Made by a program: the position numbers and the translations under genes. A DNA stretch of 64,000 nt, from NCBI GenBank assembly GCA_964566925.1, contig CAZMIZ010000002.1:72647-136646 (forward strand), in the 5' to 3' direction. Shown here one piece after another: positions 1-9,425 of this stretch. Under the pieces are notes generated by a model that did not search any database, had not been told where the DNA came from, and saw only the letters and a list, made by a program, of their open reading frames with translations. The DNA comes from an uncultured Gammaproteobacteria bacterium (GTDB taxonomy: Bacteria > Patescibacteriota > Microgenomatia > PFEM01 > DATLAM01). Numbering within the stretch: the first letter of the stretch is position 1; the number at the start of each line of letters is the position of its first letter.

Positions 1-328
1 CTAATTCGCGCTTATCCAAGGAGGCAATCGCCTGCCATTTTTGAACTCGATCTCCTTCTTTGACCCCCACCCAGGCCAACTGACCGGAGGTTTGAAACTT
101 AAGATCAACCTGGTTTTCCGAAACGACCTCTCCAGAAGCGGAAATCGATTGAATTAGGCCTTCTTTTTTTACTTTGGCGGTTTCAAACTTAGCCTCAGGC
201 CCTTGAAGAGCAGAGGTTACCCTTGATGGAAGAGTGATGAGGGCCCCGCCCAAGACGACCCCCGCAAGCACCACTTTGATTTTATTGGCTTTGAGAAAAG
301 TGATGATTTGATTGACTCTTTTTTTCAT
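1..328 (-). CDS. HlyD/membrane-fusion (periplasmic adaptor) family protein, N-terminal part only; gene continues left of the window
   Basis: Reverse-complement translation from the ATG at 326-328 gives MKKRVNQIITFLKANKIKVVLAGVVLGGALITLPSRVTSALQGPEAKFETAKVKKEGLIQSISASGEVVSENQVDLKFQTSGQLAWVGVKEGDRVQKWQAIASLDKREL. That is an N-terminal TM anchor followed by a biotin-lipoyl-like beta segment typical of membrane fusion proteins. It is absent from the ORF track because the window edge truncates it. Confidence 0.5.
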   Translation of the reverse strand, partial: MKKRVNQIITFLKANKIKVVLAGVVLGGALITLPSRVTSALQGPEAKFETAKVKKEGLIQSISASGEVVSENQVDLKFQTSGQLAWVGVKEGDRVQKWQAIASLDKREL

Positions 329-585
329 TTTGTGAATGTTTATGTAAAAATTCGAAACTTTTCCAAGACAAATTAATTAGCTCGCCTCGTTACGCGGAGG
401 CCGCTTTGCTTCGGTCCAGCTACACCACACCCCCACTTATATTTTTTGCTCGCGTAAAGACAAGAAATTTGTCCTTGCCCACCCGCCCAGGCGCGGACAA
501 ATATATTTTAACACTAATTTCCTTCTGTTTACCACTCACCCCGAAACGGGAGGTAGTGGCAACCCCGCCAAAGAATCCACACATC

Positions 586-873
586 TTAAATTATTACTTG
601 TTTGATTCCGCCTTGATTCAACTTTACCGCTGGCCTGCCTCGAATATTAGCCACCCTACCTATCCTCAATTGACAATCTGGCTCTGGACAATAAACGTCG
701 GTGCCTACTTCTAGTTCTTGGCTACTCGTATTATCTCTATTCATCTTATCAAAGTAGCATTGCCACAATCTGCCTCGACCCACCTTTTCATAACCCTCAA
801 AAAGCAAATGGCCGTTCTTGCACTGCACATCTATAGTAGTAAGCCTGCCTTCGTTTTCCTTGGATTTGGACAT
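586..873 (-). CDS. Small hypothetical Cys-rich (zinc-ribbon-like) protein; start chosen at the internal Met (MSKSKENEGRL...)
   Basis: ORF 586..906 (minus). There are two Cys pairs (CKNGH...LWQC and CPEPDC). A GGAAAGGA-like RBS lies upstream of the ATG at 871-873 (minus). The ORF is divergent from the ribA-like gene, and the surrounding intergenic region is 575 nt long. Support is weak. Confidence 0.25.
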   Translation of the reverse strand: MSKSKENEGRLTTIDVQCKNGHLLFEGYEKVGRGRLWQCYFDKMNRDNTSSQELEVGTDVYCPEPDCQLRIGRVANIRGRPAVKLNQGGIKQVII

Positions 874-904
874 AAAATTTGTCCTTTCCGTGTATAATAA
901 CACC

Positions 905-1588
905 ATGAGTAAAGAAAATGCGAATATAGCCTTAGGCGAATATGTAGATCTCTTGAAGGCAAAATTAGAGAATCCTGAACATAAAAATATTATCCTCCCA
1001 GGTGACCCAGAAAGAAAAGTCTACTCTGTAAATTTATTGGGAAGTGGTCCGATCATTGCTGACCTTGGAGAATTCAGACTATATGCTTTTCGAGTCAATG
1101 ACCAGTGGAATGACTATCAAATACTAACTTATGGAGGGAACCCGGAGGTTTTGGCGGAAACACCCTCGCTTTTTGTTAGGATTGATTCTGGTTGTGAAAG
1201 CGGTCAGACATTTCACGACCGAACCTGTGATTGTCAAGAGCAACTATATTTGGCAATGGCTCGATGTGTTGTGGAAGGCGCTGGAGCTATTGTTCATATT
1301 CCTAGTCAAGATGGTAGAGGTCAGGGATTAGCCTTTAAAATGGCTACACTGGATTTACAAGCAACTTTTGGGCTCGATACTTTAACCGCGTTCAAACTTT
1401 TAGATAAGGAAATAGATATCAGAACTTATGAAGGTGCGGTAGCCACGATGCTATTTTTGGGAATTGGTTCTAAGCATCCAATTACCCTAGGAACTAATAG
1501 TCCTCAAAAAGTGGAGGCAATTACTAAAAGTGGAATCGTTATAAATAGAGTTGTTCCCATTAAAATTCCCCCCCACAGAATTAACTAA
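905..1588 (+). CDS. ribA: GTP cyclohydrolase II family protein (RibA-like)
   Basis: The motif RIDSGCESGQTFHDRTCDCQEQL matches the Zn-binding C-x2-G-x-x-F-x-x-x-x-CDC-x-x-QL signature of GTP cyclohydrolase II. Start trimmed to the ATG at 905 (MSKENANIALGEY...); the track ORF begins upstream at 818. Confidence 0.6.
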   Translation: MSKENANIALGEYVDLLKAKLENPEHKNIILPGDPERKVYSVNLLGSGPIIADLGEFRLYAFRVNDQWNDYQILTYGGNPEVLAETPSLFVRIDSGCESGQTFHDRTCDCQEQLYLAMARCVVEGAGAIVHIPSQDGRGQGLAFKMATLDLQATFGLDTLTAFKLLDKEIDIRTYEGAVATMLFLGIGSKHPITLGTNSPQKVEAITKSGIVINRVVPIKIPPHRIN

Positions 1589-1629
1589 AAGACATTTTCA
1601 GGCCAAAAGGAGTCTAGGACATAACCTTG

Positions 1630-2520
1630 ATGTTTAATCCAAAAGAAACAGAAATTTCTCCCAAAACTCCATTTATCGAAAGGCTCAAGCATCGCTGGTA
1701 CACCACAGATAGTATGGCAGGGGTAGGACTGGATCCAGATTTAGATAAAATACCTGAATTTATCTGGAAGGAAGTTGGCGGAAGAGAAAATATCTCGGAG
1801 GGAATTATTGCCTTCAACCGCTTAGTAATCGAAGCTACACACCCGTTTGTATGTGCTTACAAACTGCAGAAAGGTTTCTACCAGGGACAAGAAGGTGAAA
1901 AGGCTCTTCAGACTACTGTTGAATTAATCAAAGATACAGACCCAAGCATTTTGATCGTCTACGATGGTAAGATAGGCGACATAGAAAATACTATGCTTCA
2001 ATATAGAAGATATTTATTTGACCAACTTGGAGTAGATGCTCTTCTGGTTAATCCTTATATGGGATCATCCGCCGTATTACCTGTTGCGGATAGGCCAGAG
2101 AAAGGAGTTATTGTGTTATGCAGAACCTCTAATCCAGAAGCAGAACAAATTCAGGGGCTTAGGCTAGACAATGGCAAGCAAGTTTGGCAAGTAGTCTTAG
2201 ATAGATGCCTTAACGAATGGAATGTCCATCAAAATATAATTGCTTGCTTGAGTGCTACCTTTCCTCAAGACTTAGTAGATATTAGACAAACAATTGGAGA
2301 CATGCCTGTCCTTTTAGCTGGAATAGGAGCGCAGGGTGGTAATTTAGAGGCTGCCATACCCCACGTCATAGATACACATGGATACGGCATTATAGTTTTT
2401 TCATCTAGATCCATTATTTTCTCCCACTCTCTACCAGACGAAACTCATGCTCAAACTATGGCCAGAGCAGCAGCAAACTTAAGAGATAGTTTAAGGCAGA
2501 CTAAAGATGCCTCTCAATAA
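1630..2520 (+). CDS. Orotidine-5'-phosphate decarboxylase type 2 family protein (paralog A)
   Basis: Carries the type-2 OMP decarboxylase motifs: VGLDPDLD near the N-terminus, KIGDIENT (K-x-GDI), DALLVNPYMG, IVLCRTSNPEA and LLAGIGAQGG. Length is 296 aa. Start taken at the ATG at 1630 (the track uses the TTG at 1627). Confidence 0.55.
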   Translation: MFNPKETEISPKTPFIERLKHRWYTTDSMAGVGLDPDLDKIPEFIWKEVGGRENISEGIIAFNRLVIEATHPFVCAYKLQKGFYQGQEGEKALQTTVELIKDTDPSILIVYDGKIGDIENTMLQYRRYLFDQLGVDALLVNPYMGSSAVLPVADRPEKGVIVLCRTSNPEAEQIQGLRLDNGKQVWQVVLDRCLNEWNVHQNIIACLSATFPQDLVDIRQTIGDMPVLLAGIGAQGGNLEAAIPHVIDTHGYGIIVFSSRSIIFSHSLPDETHAQTMARAAANLRDSLRQTKDASQ

Positions 2521-3094
2521 GAAAGAAACAGAGCCAAACCAGGGCTTATTCGTCCTCCTTCTAGGTCCATCTGGAGTAGGGAAATCCACCGTTATTAGAG
2601 AACTAGCCCAACAGCTAGATGTCACTTATATTACTCCAGTAATGGATAGGCCACTTCGCCCAGGAGAAACCGGAAAAATATCCGTATCTCCAGAAGAATT
2701 TACCCAAAGAGAGCAATTAGGAGAATTTATCGTCATTAATCACTTGTATGGGTTCCGTTATGGCACTCCTAAGGCCCTCATGGAACAAACACTTACTAAT
2801 TGTAGAATAGCTGTTTTGGATTTCCCTCTTGCTAGGTTAAATCTACTCTCAGATTATCGGCAAAGAGGTGTCCTACTTACTTTTTATCTACTTCCTCCAT
2901 CTAATGAGGAATTAGCTAGAAGATTGGGTAAAGATGACCGTGACCCAAATGGTGTGAGACTAGCTGAAGGGATTCAGGAAATTAAACAGTTACAAGATGA
3001 TGGTTTAACTCATCCTGATATTGACTTCTTTATAACTAACTACGATACTCAAACCACGGCCTGGCAAATTAAGCAGCTAATTTTATCCGATTAA
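2507..3094 (+). CDS. gmk: Guanylate kinase
   Basis: P-loop LLGPSGVGKST. Guanylate-kinase-like segment TPVMDRPLRPGETGKISVSPEEF followed by HLYGFRYGT. Length about 195 aa. Confidence 0.65.
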   Translation: MPLNKKETEPNQGLFVLLLGPSGVGKSTVIRELAQQLDVTYITPVMDRPLRPGETGKISVSPEEFTQREQLGEFIVINHLYGFRYGTPKALMEQTLTNCRIAVLDFPLARLNLLSDYRQRGVLLTFYLLPPSNEELARRLGKDDRDPNGVRLAEGIQEIKQLQDDGLTHPDIDFFITNYDTQTTAWQIKQLILSD

Positions 3095-3962
3095 TTTCGT
3101 CTCGATAATATCTAGCTTTCTTTCCAGCAGCTTGGGCAAAATCTTTTCCATCTGAAGCAAAAATAATCTTTTTAGCCGCTAATACTAGCAAGTTAGTTTT
3201 TTGATTATTAAGGCCCAACACTAAATCTTCCAATTTTCCTCCCTGACTACCAAATCCCAAAGTCAAAATTAATATGTCACCGCCTACGGCTAGTCTTATT
3301 TGCCTTAGAGTCTTTGGGAAATTCAACGGCGCCTCGACGAACACATTACCGTTCTTATTCCATTTATTGACTGCATATTCGGCGGCAAGTTGATAAAGTG
3401 GTTTTTCCTTAATCTCTAGATCCTGAATTTCTATCGATGACGGATTGCTATCTTTACACAACACAAGCACGCCTTTTTCTGGATCTTTGGCAAAACCTAG
3501 AACTGTATCCGAACCCATCCACGGAGTTACGGTAATCGCATCTGCCTCTAACCAATCAAATAATTCCTGTTTGGCTTTATTTATCCCCGTAGGGATATTC
3601 TCATCTTTCTTGCAATCCACAATATGCATTAATCCAGGATAATGTTGGTGCAAATAGCGACTAGTTTTCCGTAGCGCTTTCAACCCCGCATTCTTTTCAG
3701 ATGAGTAGAATACATAGTTAGATTTATAAGCAGCCGCGTATTCTTGAGTCGCATCAATAATGTGCTTGTTATACTCAAAAATTGCTTCACCTGAGGTTTT
3801 TTTATCTTTAAACCAGTCTGGTATTTGCTCCCAATCAGTATCCAGCCCCACTACTAACAGGGAATTAATTTGGACAATTCTATTTTTAATTTTATCTACG
3901 AAGTTCATATTTAATCCGGCAGCTTTCTTGTCTGTATAAAAAGGGCTTTGTGATGCTCGCAT
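3069..3962 (-). CDS. Orotidine-5'-phosphate decarboxylase type 2 family protein (paralog B)
   Basis: Motifs VVGLDTDWEQIP, VDCKKDENIPTG, DAITVTPWMG, LVLCKDSNPSS and LTLGFGSQGG parallel paralog A and type-2 OMP decarboxylase. The gene is convergent with gmk and overlaps it by 26 nt. Confidence 0.5.
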   Translation of the reverse strand: MRASQSPFYTDKKAAGLNMNFVDKIKNRIVQINSLLVVGLDTDWEQIPDWFKDKKTSGEAIFEYNKHIIDATQEYAAAYKSNYVFYSSEKNAGLKALRKTSRYLHQHYPGLMHIVDCKKDENIPTGINKAKQELFDWLEADAITVTPWMGSDTVLGFAKDPEKGVLVLCKDSNPSSIEIQDLEIKEKPLYQLAAEYAVNKWNKNGNVFVEAPLNFPKTLRQIRLAVGGDILILTLGFGSQGGKLEDLVLGLNNQKTNLLVLAAKKIIFASDGKDFAQAAGKKARYYRDEINRIKLAA

Positions 3963-3991
3963 CGCACCCCAACGATTTCGCCATTTCCAAA

Positions 3992-4081
<90 letters not shown>

Positions 4082-4136
4082 CGACTATGATCTTACATTA
4101 TACCAAAACTAATCTTGATCGTTAAATTCTGAAGTT

Positions 4137-5831
4137 TTATTGCATTGGGACTTCAATGACCTCTTCCCTTCTCTCCCTCAAGAAACTAGTCCATTCTTCA
4201 ACGATAGCAATGATGGTCTTAAGGGGAGCCTCAATTAAGAAGTCCATCAGGATCATTAGGAAGTTTAACTGAGCCAGGCCTTGGGAAAGCCAAACACCTA
4301 AATTTAAAAAGGGTAAGGTAAGATTATTGAAGAGATGGGCGATGAAACCTTCTCTTTCACCAGTGACGAGCAATTCGGAAGCAGTAAAACGGACCCGAAG
4401 GCCAAAGAGAAGGACCAGAGATAAGAAAATAAAGAAAATTAGACCGCTTACCGGGTTGAAATGAAGTTTCATTAAGATTAAGGAAATACCCCCAAAAGTT
4501 AAGAGGAAAAGGAGGAGATAAATTACAGAAAAAACGGTGGTTAGTAATTGGCTCCTTTTAATCGGGGCTAAGCTGAAACTAGTTTTTGCCTCAGTTTGAG
4601 GATAAACAAAGCTTTTGATTCTCTCAATTAATCTTTCAGTGTTGGCCTCATCTGGGGTTCTAATCGTCAAGCCAATTAGAAACATTAACGCAGGAGGGAC
4701 AATACCATTGATGATAATCGCCAGGGGCGACATTTTTTTCAAAATATAGATCTCATACGGGATTTCGATAATGAAAGCAAAAAGAACTTTGGTCACAAAG
4801 ATATAAACGATGCTGTGAATAATCCCTTGGTTGACCTTTTGCCTGATTTGGGCGTAGCGTTGACGGCAAACCTCTCGAATTTTCCGCTCTAACTTTTCAG
4901 GGTTGGCCAAAAGCTGCTCTGCCTTTTTATAATCTTCGTCGATAATATCTCTTAAAATTTGGAAAGGAGCGGTGTGTTTTTGGATATAGCGAAAGAGATT
5001 GAATCTGATCGGGTGATCGAGTTGCTTTTCAATTTCTTCATGGATTTTAGGAAGATTTTCAGCGATTTCGTCAAGGAGCTGATTATCAGCCTTTTTCCAG
5101 CCGGGGAAGGAAGGAGCTAAGAGATGATAGCGAATCATCGCCTTATCGGACTTTGGCAGGCTTCGATGGATAGCAATAAAAATCTGAATGTCGCGTTCTT
5201 TTAGGGAAAGATTACTTTTTCCCCACTGAAAGTTGTTTTTAAACCAACGGAACATTGCCCGAACGTACGCGTCAATATAAAATAAGGATGGAGCAAGAGC
5301 CTCTTCGATCTCACAAGAGGCGACGCCGAGAAGCCATTCCCTCCATTCGTTGGCATATTTTGAGCCATTACCTTTACCCACTACCCTATTAAGGAGATAA
5401 GAATATTTGGACAGGATTTTGCCGACCTCGATCGCCTTACTTTTAGGAATGGTGTCATTTTTCAAATAGCGGGCCCAAATTAGTTCTCTGATCAGAGAAA
5501 GGGCTAGTTTCTGGGGTTCAGCTGAGGGCCTTTCTCGGAGATGTCTTTTGATGATTCTTTCAATAGCATTTCGCCGCAAAAGATGTTCACCTTTATAATC
5601 GATAACATTTCTGATCCGTTCGTAAATAAAGGCAATTGAGCCTAAAACTTCACTAACACGAATGGTGGGTTCGGGCGCCCTAGCGGCTTCTTTAGCTGCC
5701 TGTTCTTTATAGGCGGTGAATAATTCTTCCACGGCCGAGAGACCACCTTTTTGGGGTTCCGACGTTGGCGGTTTAGAGAAAGCCGCCTCTTTTTTCCTTT
5801 GAGAAGAAAAAATAGTAATCCCGTCTTCCAT
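4137..5831 (-). CDS. Hypothetical membrane protein (564 aa; soluble N-terminal half, multi-TM C-terminal half)
   Basis: Long ORF with a hydrophobic C-terminal third (IVYIFVTKVLFAFIIEIPYEIYI..., LLLFLLTFGGISLILMKL...). No catalytic motif recognised. Confidence 0.45.
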   Translation of the reverse strand: MEDGITIFSSQRKKEAAFSKPPTSEPQKGGLSAVEELFTAYKEQAAKEAARAPEPTIRVSEVLGSIAFIYERIRNVIDYKGEHLLRRNAIERIIKRHLRERPSAEPQKLALSLIRELIWARYLKNDTIPKSKAIEVGKILSKYSYLLNRVVGKGNGSKYANEWREWLLGVASCEIEEALAPSLFYIDAYVRAMFRWFKNNFQWGKSNLSLKERDIQIFIAIHRSLPKSDKAMIRYHLLAPSFPGWKKADNQLLDEIAENLPKIHEEIEKQLDHPIRFNLFRYIQKHTAPFQILRDIIDEDYKKAEQLLANPEKLERKIREVCRQRYAQIRQKVNQGIIHSIVYIFVTKVLFAFIIEIPYEIYILKKMSPLAIIINGIVPPALMFLIGLTIRTPDEANTERLIERIKSFVYPQTEAKTSFSLAPIKRSQLLTTVFSVIYLLLFLLTFGGISLILMKLHFNPVSGLIFFIFLSLVLLFGLRVRFTASELLVTGEREGFIAHLFNNLTLPFLNLGVWLSQGLAQLNFLMILMDFLIEAPLKTIIAIVEEWTSFLRERREEVIEVPMQ

Positions 5832-5859
5832 GTCGATTAAGAATTATAAAGTAGCCAAC

Positions 5860-6405
5860 TTAAAGGGTCAAGGAAAGAGAATCAGATTGAGAGTTTAAAC
5901 TGCAGGCGTCAATTTTTTCCATAATAGAGATAACCTTGCCTGCCCAGGTTTTAGAAGGAGGAGCATAAACAGGCGCGATTTTAACCACGGTGTTAAGGCC
6001 GCGATCGTAATATTTTCCCTTAAGGGCTTGGGCAACATAGTTGATTGATTCAGGCCAGCTGGTGAATTGCCAGGCACCATTATTCCAGCCATAGGCGTTG
6101 TAGGAATTGGCCGGGATTTGCCTTCCATAAGTTGACTCCACTCCAGTAATTGCTGGTAGCAAGCGCCAGTCAAGACCATAGCGATCGGCGGCGACCACAA
6201 AATCTCGAGAAAACTCAGCCAGAGGAGAATTTTGGTAGGTAAGAAAGGATTCCAATTTTTCAGTTTGGATTTCAATTTTTTGGTTCTCTTCAATCTCTTT
6301 TTTAAGCACAGCGGAGCTAGCCGCTGTCTCGTTAGCTAAAGCGGGTTTAACTAGGGTGAGAATACTAATAAGGCTCGCCAAAGCGAGCGCCAATAGTTTC
6401 TTCAT
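5860..6405 (-). CDS. Secreted peptidoglycan hydrolase-like protein (glucosaminidase/GH73-like C-terminal domain), paralog of 7297..8007
   Basis: Signal peptide MKKLLALALASLISILTLVKPALA. C-terminal segment YGLDWRLLPAITGVESTYGRQ..NSYNAYGWNNG...YAPPS resembles the E-S-x-Y-G / N-x-x-G-(I/W) core of mannosyl-glycoprotein endo-beta-N-acetylglucosaminidase domains. Confidence 0.4.
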   Translation of the reverse strand: MKKLLALALASLISILTLVKPALANETAASSAVLKKEIEENQKIEIQTEKLESFLTYQNSPLAEFSRDFVVAADRYGLDWRLLPAITGVESTYGRQIPANSYNAYGWNNGAWQFTSWPESINYVAQALKGKYYDRGLNTVVKIAPVYAPPSKTWAGKVISIMEKIDACSLNSQSDSLSLTL

Positions 6406-6518
6406 ATATCTTATGGGACTTTTTGTCCCATAAAAAAATCCTAAAGTAAACCGGGTGGGCTTACCTCAGGATCTAGAGAGAGTATAGCATAAAACCCATA
6501 ATATGTCAAGTTTCTGAC

Positions 6519-7259
6519 TTATAGGTTTTTCTTCTGAGCAAGAATGAAAATTGAGGGTCCAAAATTAAAGAAAGAAAGGACTGGCTGGCAAATTGACTCT
6601 AAAAAAAGTAAAAAATTGAGAGGGAGAAATTTTTTAAACATCGGGTTGCGAAGGTTTGAAACAGATAGCGTTTCAATTTCCTCGAAACCATTAGCTAAAA
6701 GCAGGCTTTTAATGTGGGTGGGATGATAATTAAAAAAAGATACTCTCTGGCTACGGGAGATATTTTCTGGAAGATGGGATAAAAGATAATTAGCTTTTCG
6801 ACTAAAAAGAGCACGAACCACAGATTTGCCATGAACCTTATTGGCAAATTCGAGAATAAGATGGCCGCCAGGTTTAAGAACGCGCTGAATTTCGACAATA
6901 GCTTTTCCCAATTGAGGGAGATGATGAGCCACCCTGACGATCAGGACACAGTCAATTTGGCTGTCGGCCACCGGCAATTTTGGAAGTCCTCCCTTTTCGA
7001 CTTTGATATTTTTATATTTTTTGAGTCTTTTTTTAGCAATTTTTAAAAGCTTTTCTGAAGGATCGATCAGGAGGCAATGGTTAAAAAGGGGGGCGTAAAT
7101 TTTCGCTAAACGGCCAAAGCCTCCCCCGACATCTAATAAACGATCTTTATGGGAGACTTCAGCCAAAAGCCTTTTCAAGGCGATTGTTTCTGCCAGATGC
7201 TCATACTTCCTCTTTTGCCAATAATGAGGATAGTTATATGAATTGTATTGAGTCCGCAT
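6519..7259 (-). CDS. Class I SAM-dependent methyltransferase
   Basis: Motif I LDVGGGFGRLA, followed by a post-I acidic residue (LIDPSE) and LKPGGHLIL, typical of the Methyltransf_11/25 fold. Confidence 0.7.
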   Translation of the reverse strand: MRTQYNSYNYPHYWQKRKYEHLAETIALKRLLAEVSHKDRLLDVGGGFGRLAKIYAPLFNHCLLIDPSEKLLKIAKKRLKKYKNIKVEKGGLPKLPVADSQIDCVLIVRVAHHLPQLGKAIVEIQRVLKPGGHLILEFANKVHGKSVVRALFSRKANYLLSHLPENISRSQRVSFFNYHPTHIKSLLLANGFEEIETLSVSNLRNPMFKKFLPLNFLLFLESICQPVLSFFNFGPSIFILAQKKNL

Positions 7260-7296
7260 AGAGAGGATTATACGCTTAGTAATGGTTCAGGTAAAC

Positions 7297-8007
7297 CTAT
7301 TTGAGCTCTTCGAGGAACTGGTTAACGCATCTTGCCCAAGGCCCACCCTTTTCAACAGAGGGAGGAGCATATTTAGCCATGATTTCCTCTGGAGTAGAAA
7401 GGCCCTTATCGAGATATTCCTCTTTTAAGGTTTTGGCTACTTGCTCAATCGCTTGTTCCCAGGAAAGAAACTTCGTTTCTCCGTTTTCAAAACCCCAACA
7501 ATTGTAAGATTCGGGGGGTGCTTTTTTACAGAGATTTGATTCACATTGAGCAATGGCAATCATTAGACGATAATCAAGACCATATTTTTCGGCCATTTCA
7601 AAGAGAAATTCAGCGTGAGGTGCCATTGGTGAGTTATGGGCTTTTAAATATTGGTCAATAATTACCGGTCGGGCGTCTCCAGTGACAATGGCGGTGGAAA
7701 TGCCGCCGACAGCTTCCGGTAGGGCGGCAAAAAGTTGAGATGGAGTTTGAGCCGTAGAAACACCCTTGACAGTGTTGTAAGCCAGAACATCAAACTCTCT
7801 AACCCGGCTGACCTGATTTAAAGCAAAAAAACTTACCCCCAGGGTAACTGGTGTGATTAGGAAAAAAATGATAGGAAGAAAAATTTTCCTCATAAGGACA
7901 GGCTGATTTTCATGGTGACATATTTTGATACCCTTTGTCAAGAGGAGGGATCTATTGAAACAAAATACATCAAAAGGTATCAGGGGCGTTTTGACTAAAA
8001 GTGACAT
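7297..8007 (-). CDS. Peptidoglycan hydrolase-like protein (GH73-like C-terminal domain), paralog of 5860..6405
   Basis: C-terminal segment YGLDYRLMIAIAQCESNLCKK..ESYNCWGFENG...YAPPS aligns residue-for-residue with the 5860..6405 protein. The N-terminus has a TM/signal region (IFLPIIFFLITPVTLGVSFFAL). Confidence 0.4.
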   Translation of the reverse strand: MSLLVKTPLIPFDVFCFNRSLLLTKGIKICHHENQPVLMRKIFLPIIFFLITPVTLGVSFFALNQVSRVREFDVLAYNTVKGVSTAQTPSQLFAALPEAVGGISTAIVTGDARPVIIDQYLKAHNSPMAPHAEFLFEMAEKYGLDYRLMIAIAQCESNLCKKAPPESYNCWGFENGETKFLSWEQAIEQVAKTLKEEYLDKGLSTPEEIMAKYAPPSVEKGGPWARCVNQFLEELK

Positions 8008-8266
8008 CAGCCTATTTATTTGCTATAGTGAAGAGGAAGATGATCAAGATTCTTTTAGGAGATTTTGTTTATTTTTTCAAGCTGTTCTTCCTGGTTTTAG
8101 TTTTAGCCAAGATATTTTTGACCATTTATCGGATTGCCACCAAGCAGTGGCTTCCTTCGGTTCACTATCTTTGGCATTTGATTGATTGGCAAGTGGAAGC
8201 AAAAAAGATTCTCATTTTAGCCTTATTCGCCTTTTGCCTCTCCTTAATAAAATTTCTAATTCAATC

Positions 8267-9337
8267 ATGACTTCCCTTGAAGAAAAGATTAAAGCGATTG
8301 AGGAAGAAATCAGAAAAACTCCTTATCATAAGGCAACCGAACATCATATTGGCCGACTGCGGGCTAAATTGGCAAGATTTAAAGACCAACTGGAAATGCC
8401 ACCAAAAGGGAAAGGGAAAAAAGATGGTTTTGCTGTTAAAAAAAGCGGGGATGCTACCGTCGTTTTGGTTGGTCCCCCATCGGTGGGAAAATCGACTTTA
8501 CTTAATAAATTGACTCGAGCTTCTTCAAAAGTAGGCGAATATGATTTTACCACCCTTGAAGTAGTCCCAGGTATTTTGGAGTACCAAGGAGCCAAAATCC
8601 AAATTTTAGATATCCCTGGCTTGGTGGGCGGCGCGGCTAAAGGCCGGGGGCGCGGCCGAGAGATTATTTCCGTTACTCGGATAGCCGACCTGTTGATTTT
8701 GATGATTGACGTTAATTCGGTTGATAAAATTGATCAGATTAAAAATGAACTCTATGAAGCGGGAGTTCGCCTGAACCAGCCGCCGCCCCAAGTCAAAATC
8801 AAGAAGCTTCTTAAAGGTGGCCTTCGAATTATCTCGGAAACAAAAATTGCTCCTAAGACGATTGAGCAGATAGCCCGCGAATTTGGTTTAATCAATGCCG
8901 AAATTATGGTTAAAAAAGCAGCCACCGTTGACGAATTAATTGACGCTTTTACCGCTAACCGAGTTTATCTTCCCTGTTTAGTTTTGGTTAATAAAATTGA
9001 CACCTTGAGCAACAAGCAATTAAGTGAATTAAGGCAAAAAGCTGAAGTTTTAATTAGTGCTGAAAAGGGAATCGGGGTAGAAAAATTAAAAGAGGCCATC
9101 TTTGAAAGGCTTGCTCTGATCAGAGTTTATCTTAAGCCAAAGGCAGGAGAGCCTGACCTTGAAGACCCGTTGATCTTGAAAAAGGGGGCGACCATTATTG
9201 ATGCGGTTCGGAAAGTTTCTGAAGAATTATTGGAGGAGTTAAAACAGGCTCGGGTTTGGGGACCTTCAGCTAAATACCCTGGTCAGCAGGTTGGCCTTTC
9301 CCATCAACTGAGTGACAACGACATCCTTTCTTTTTGA
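8267..9337 (+). CDS. Obg-family GTPase of the DRG/Rbg type with C-terminal TGS domain
   Basis: N-terminus MTSLEEKIKAIEEEIRKTPYHKATEHHIGRLRAKLARFKDQL matches the DRG N-terminal helix. G1 is GPPSVGKST, G3 is DIPGL, G4 is LVNKID. A C-terminal TGS-like segment follows (IRVYLKPKAGEPDLEDPLILKKGATIIDAV). Start trimmed from 8186 to the ATG at 8267. Confidence 0.7.
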   Translation: MTSLEEKIKAIEEEIRKTPYHKATEHHIGRLRAKLARFKDQLEMPPKGKGKKDGFAVKKSGDATVVLVGPPSVGKSTLLNKLTRASSKVGEYDFTTLEVVPGILEYQGAKIQILDIPGLVGGAAKGRGRGREIISVTRIADLLILMIDVNSVDKIDQIKNELYEAGVRLNQPPPQVKIKKLLKGGLRIISETKIAPKTIEQIAREFGLINAEIMVKKAATVDELIDAFTANRVYLPCLVLVNKIDTLSNKQLSELRQKAEVLISAEKGIGVEKLKEAIFERLALIRVYLKPKAGEPDLEDPLILKKGATIIDAVRKVSEELLEELKQARVWGPSAKYPGQQVGLSHQLSDNDILSF

Positions 9338-9425
9338 ATATTTTAAAAAATCTGGGGTCGGCTATGGAACGATGTTTGAACCTATTATAGCACAATAAAA
9401 TCACTAGAAGACGAACAGGTCTACC

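Noticed and set aside
329-904. FMN riboswitch upstream of the GTP cyclohydrolase II-like gene
   Set aside because: Expected on functional grounds, but the conserved RFN core segments could not be recognised by eye. Left as an open check, not a feature.
5895-6293. Track ORF 5895..6293(-), nested antisense-frame ORF
   Set aside because: Lies entirely inside the better-supported secreted hydrolase gene 5860..6405 in another frame, with no RBS or motif. Spurious.
6416-6441. Hairpin ATGGGAC-ttttt-GTCCCAT between the hydrolase and methyltransferase genes as a terminator
   Set aside because: On the plus strand it is followed by an A-tract. On the minus strand the U-tract precedes the stem. Neither orientation gives a canonical intrinsic terminator.
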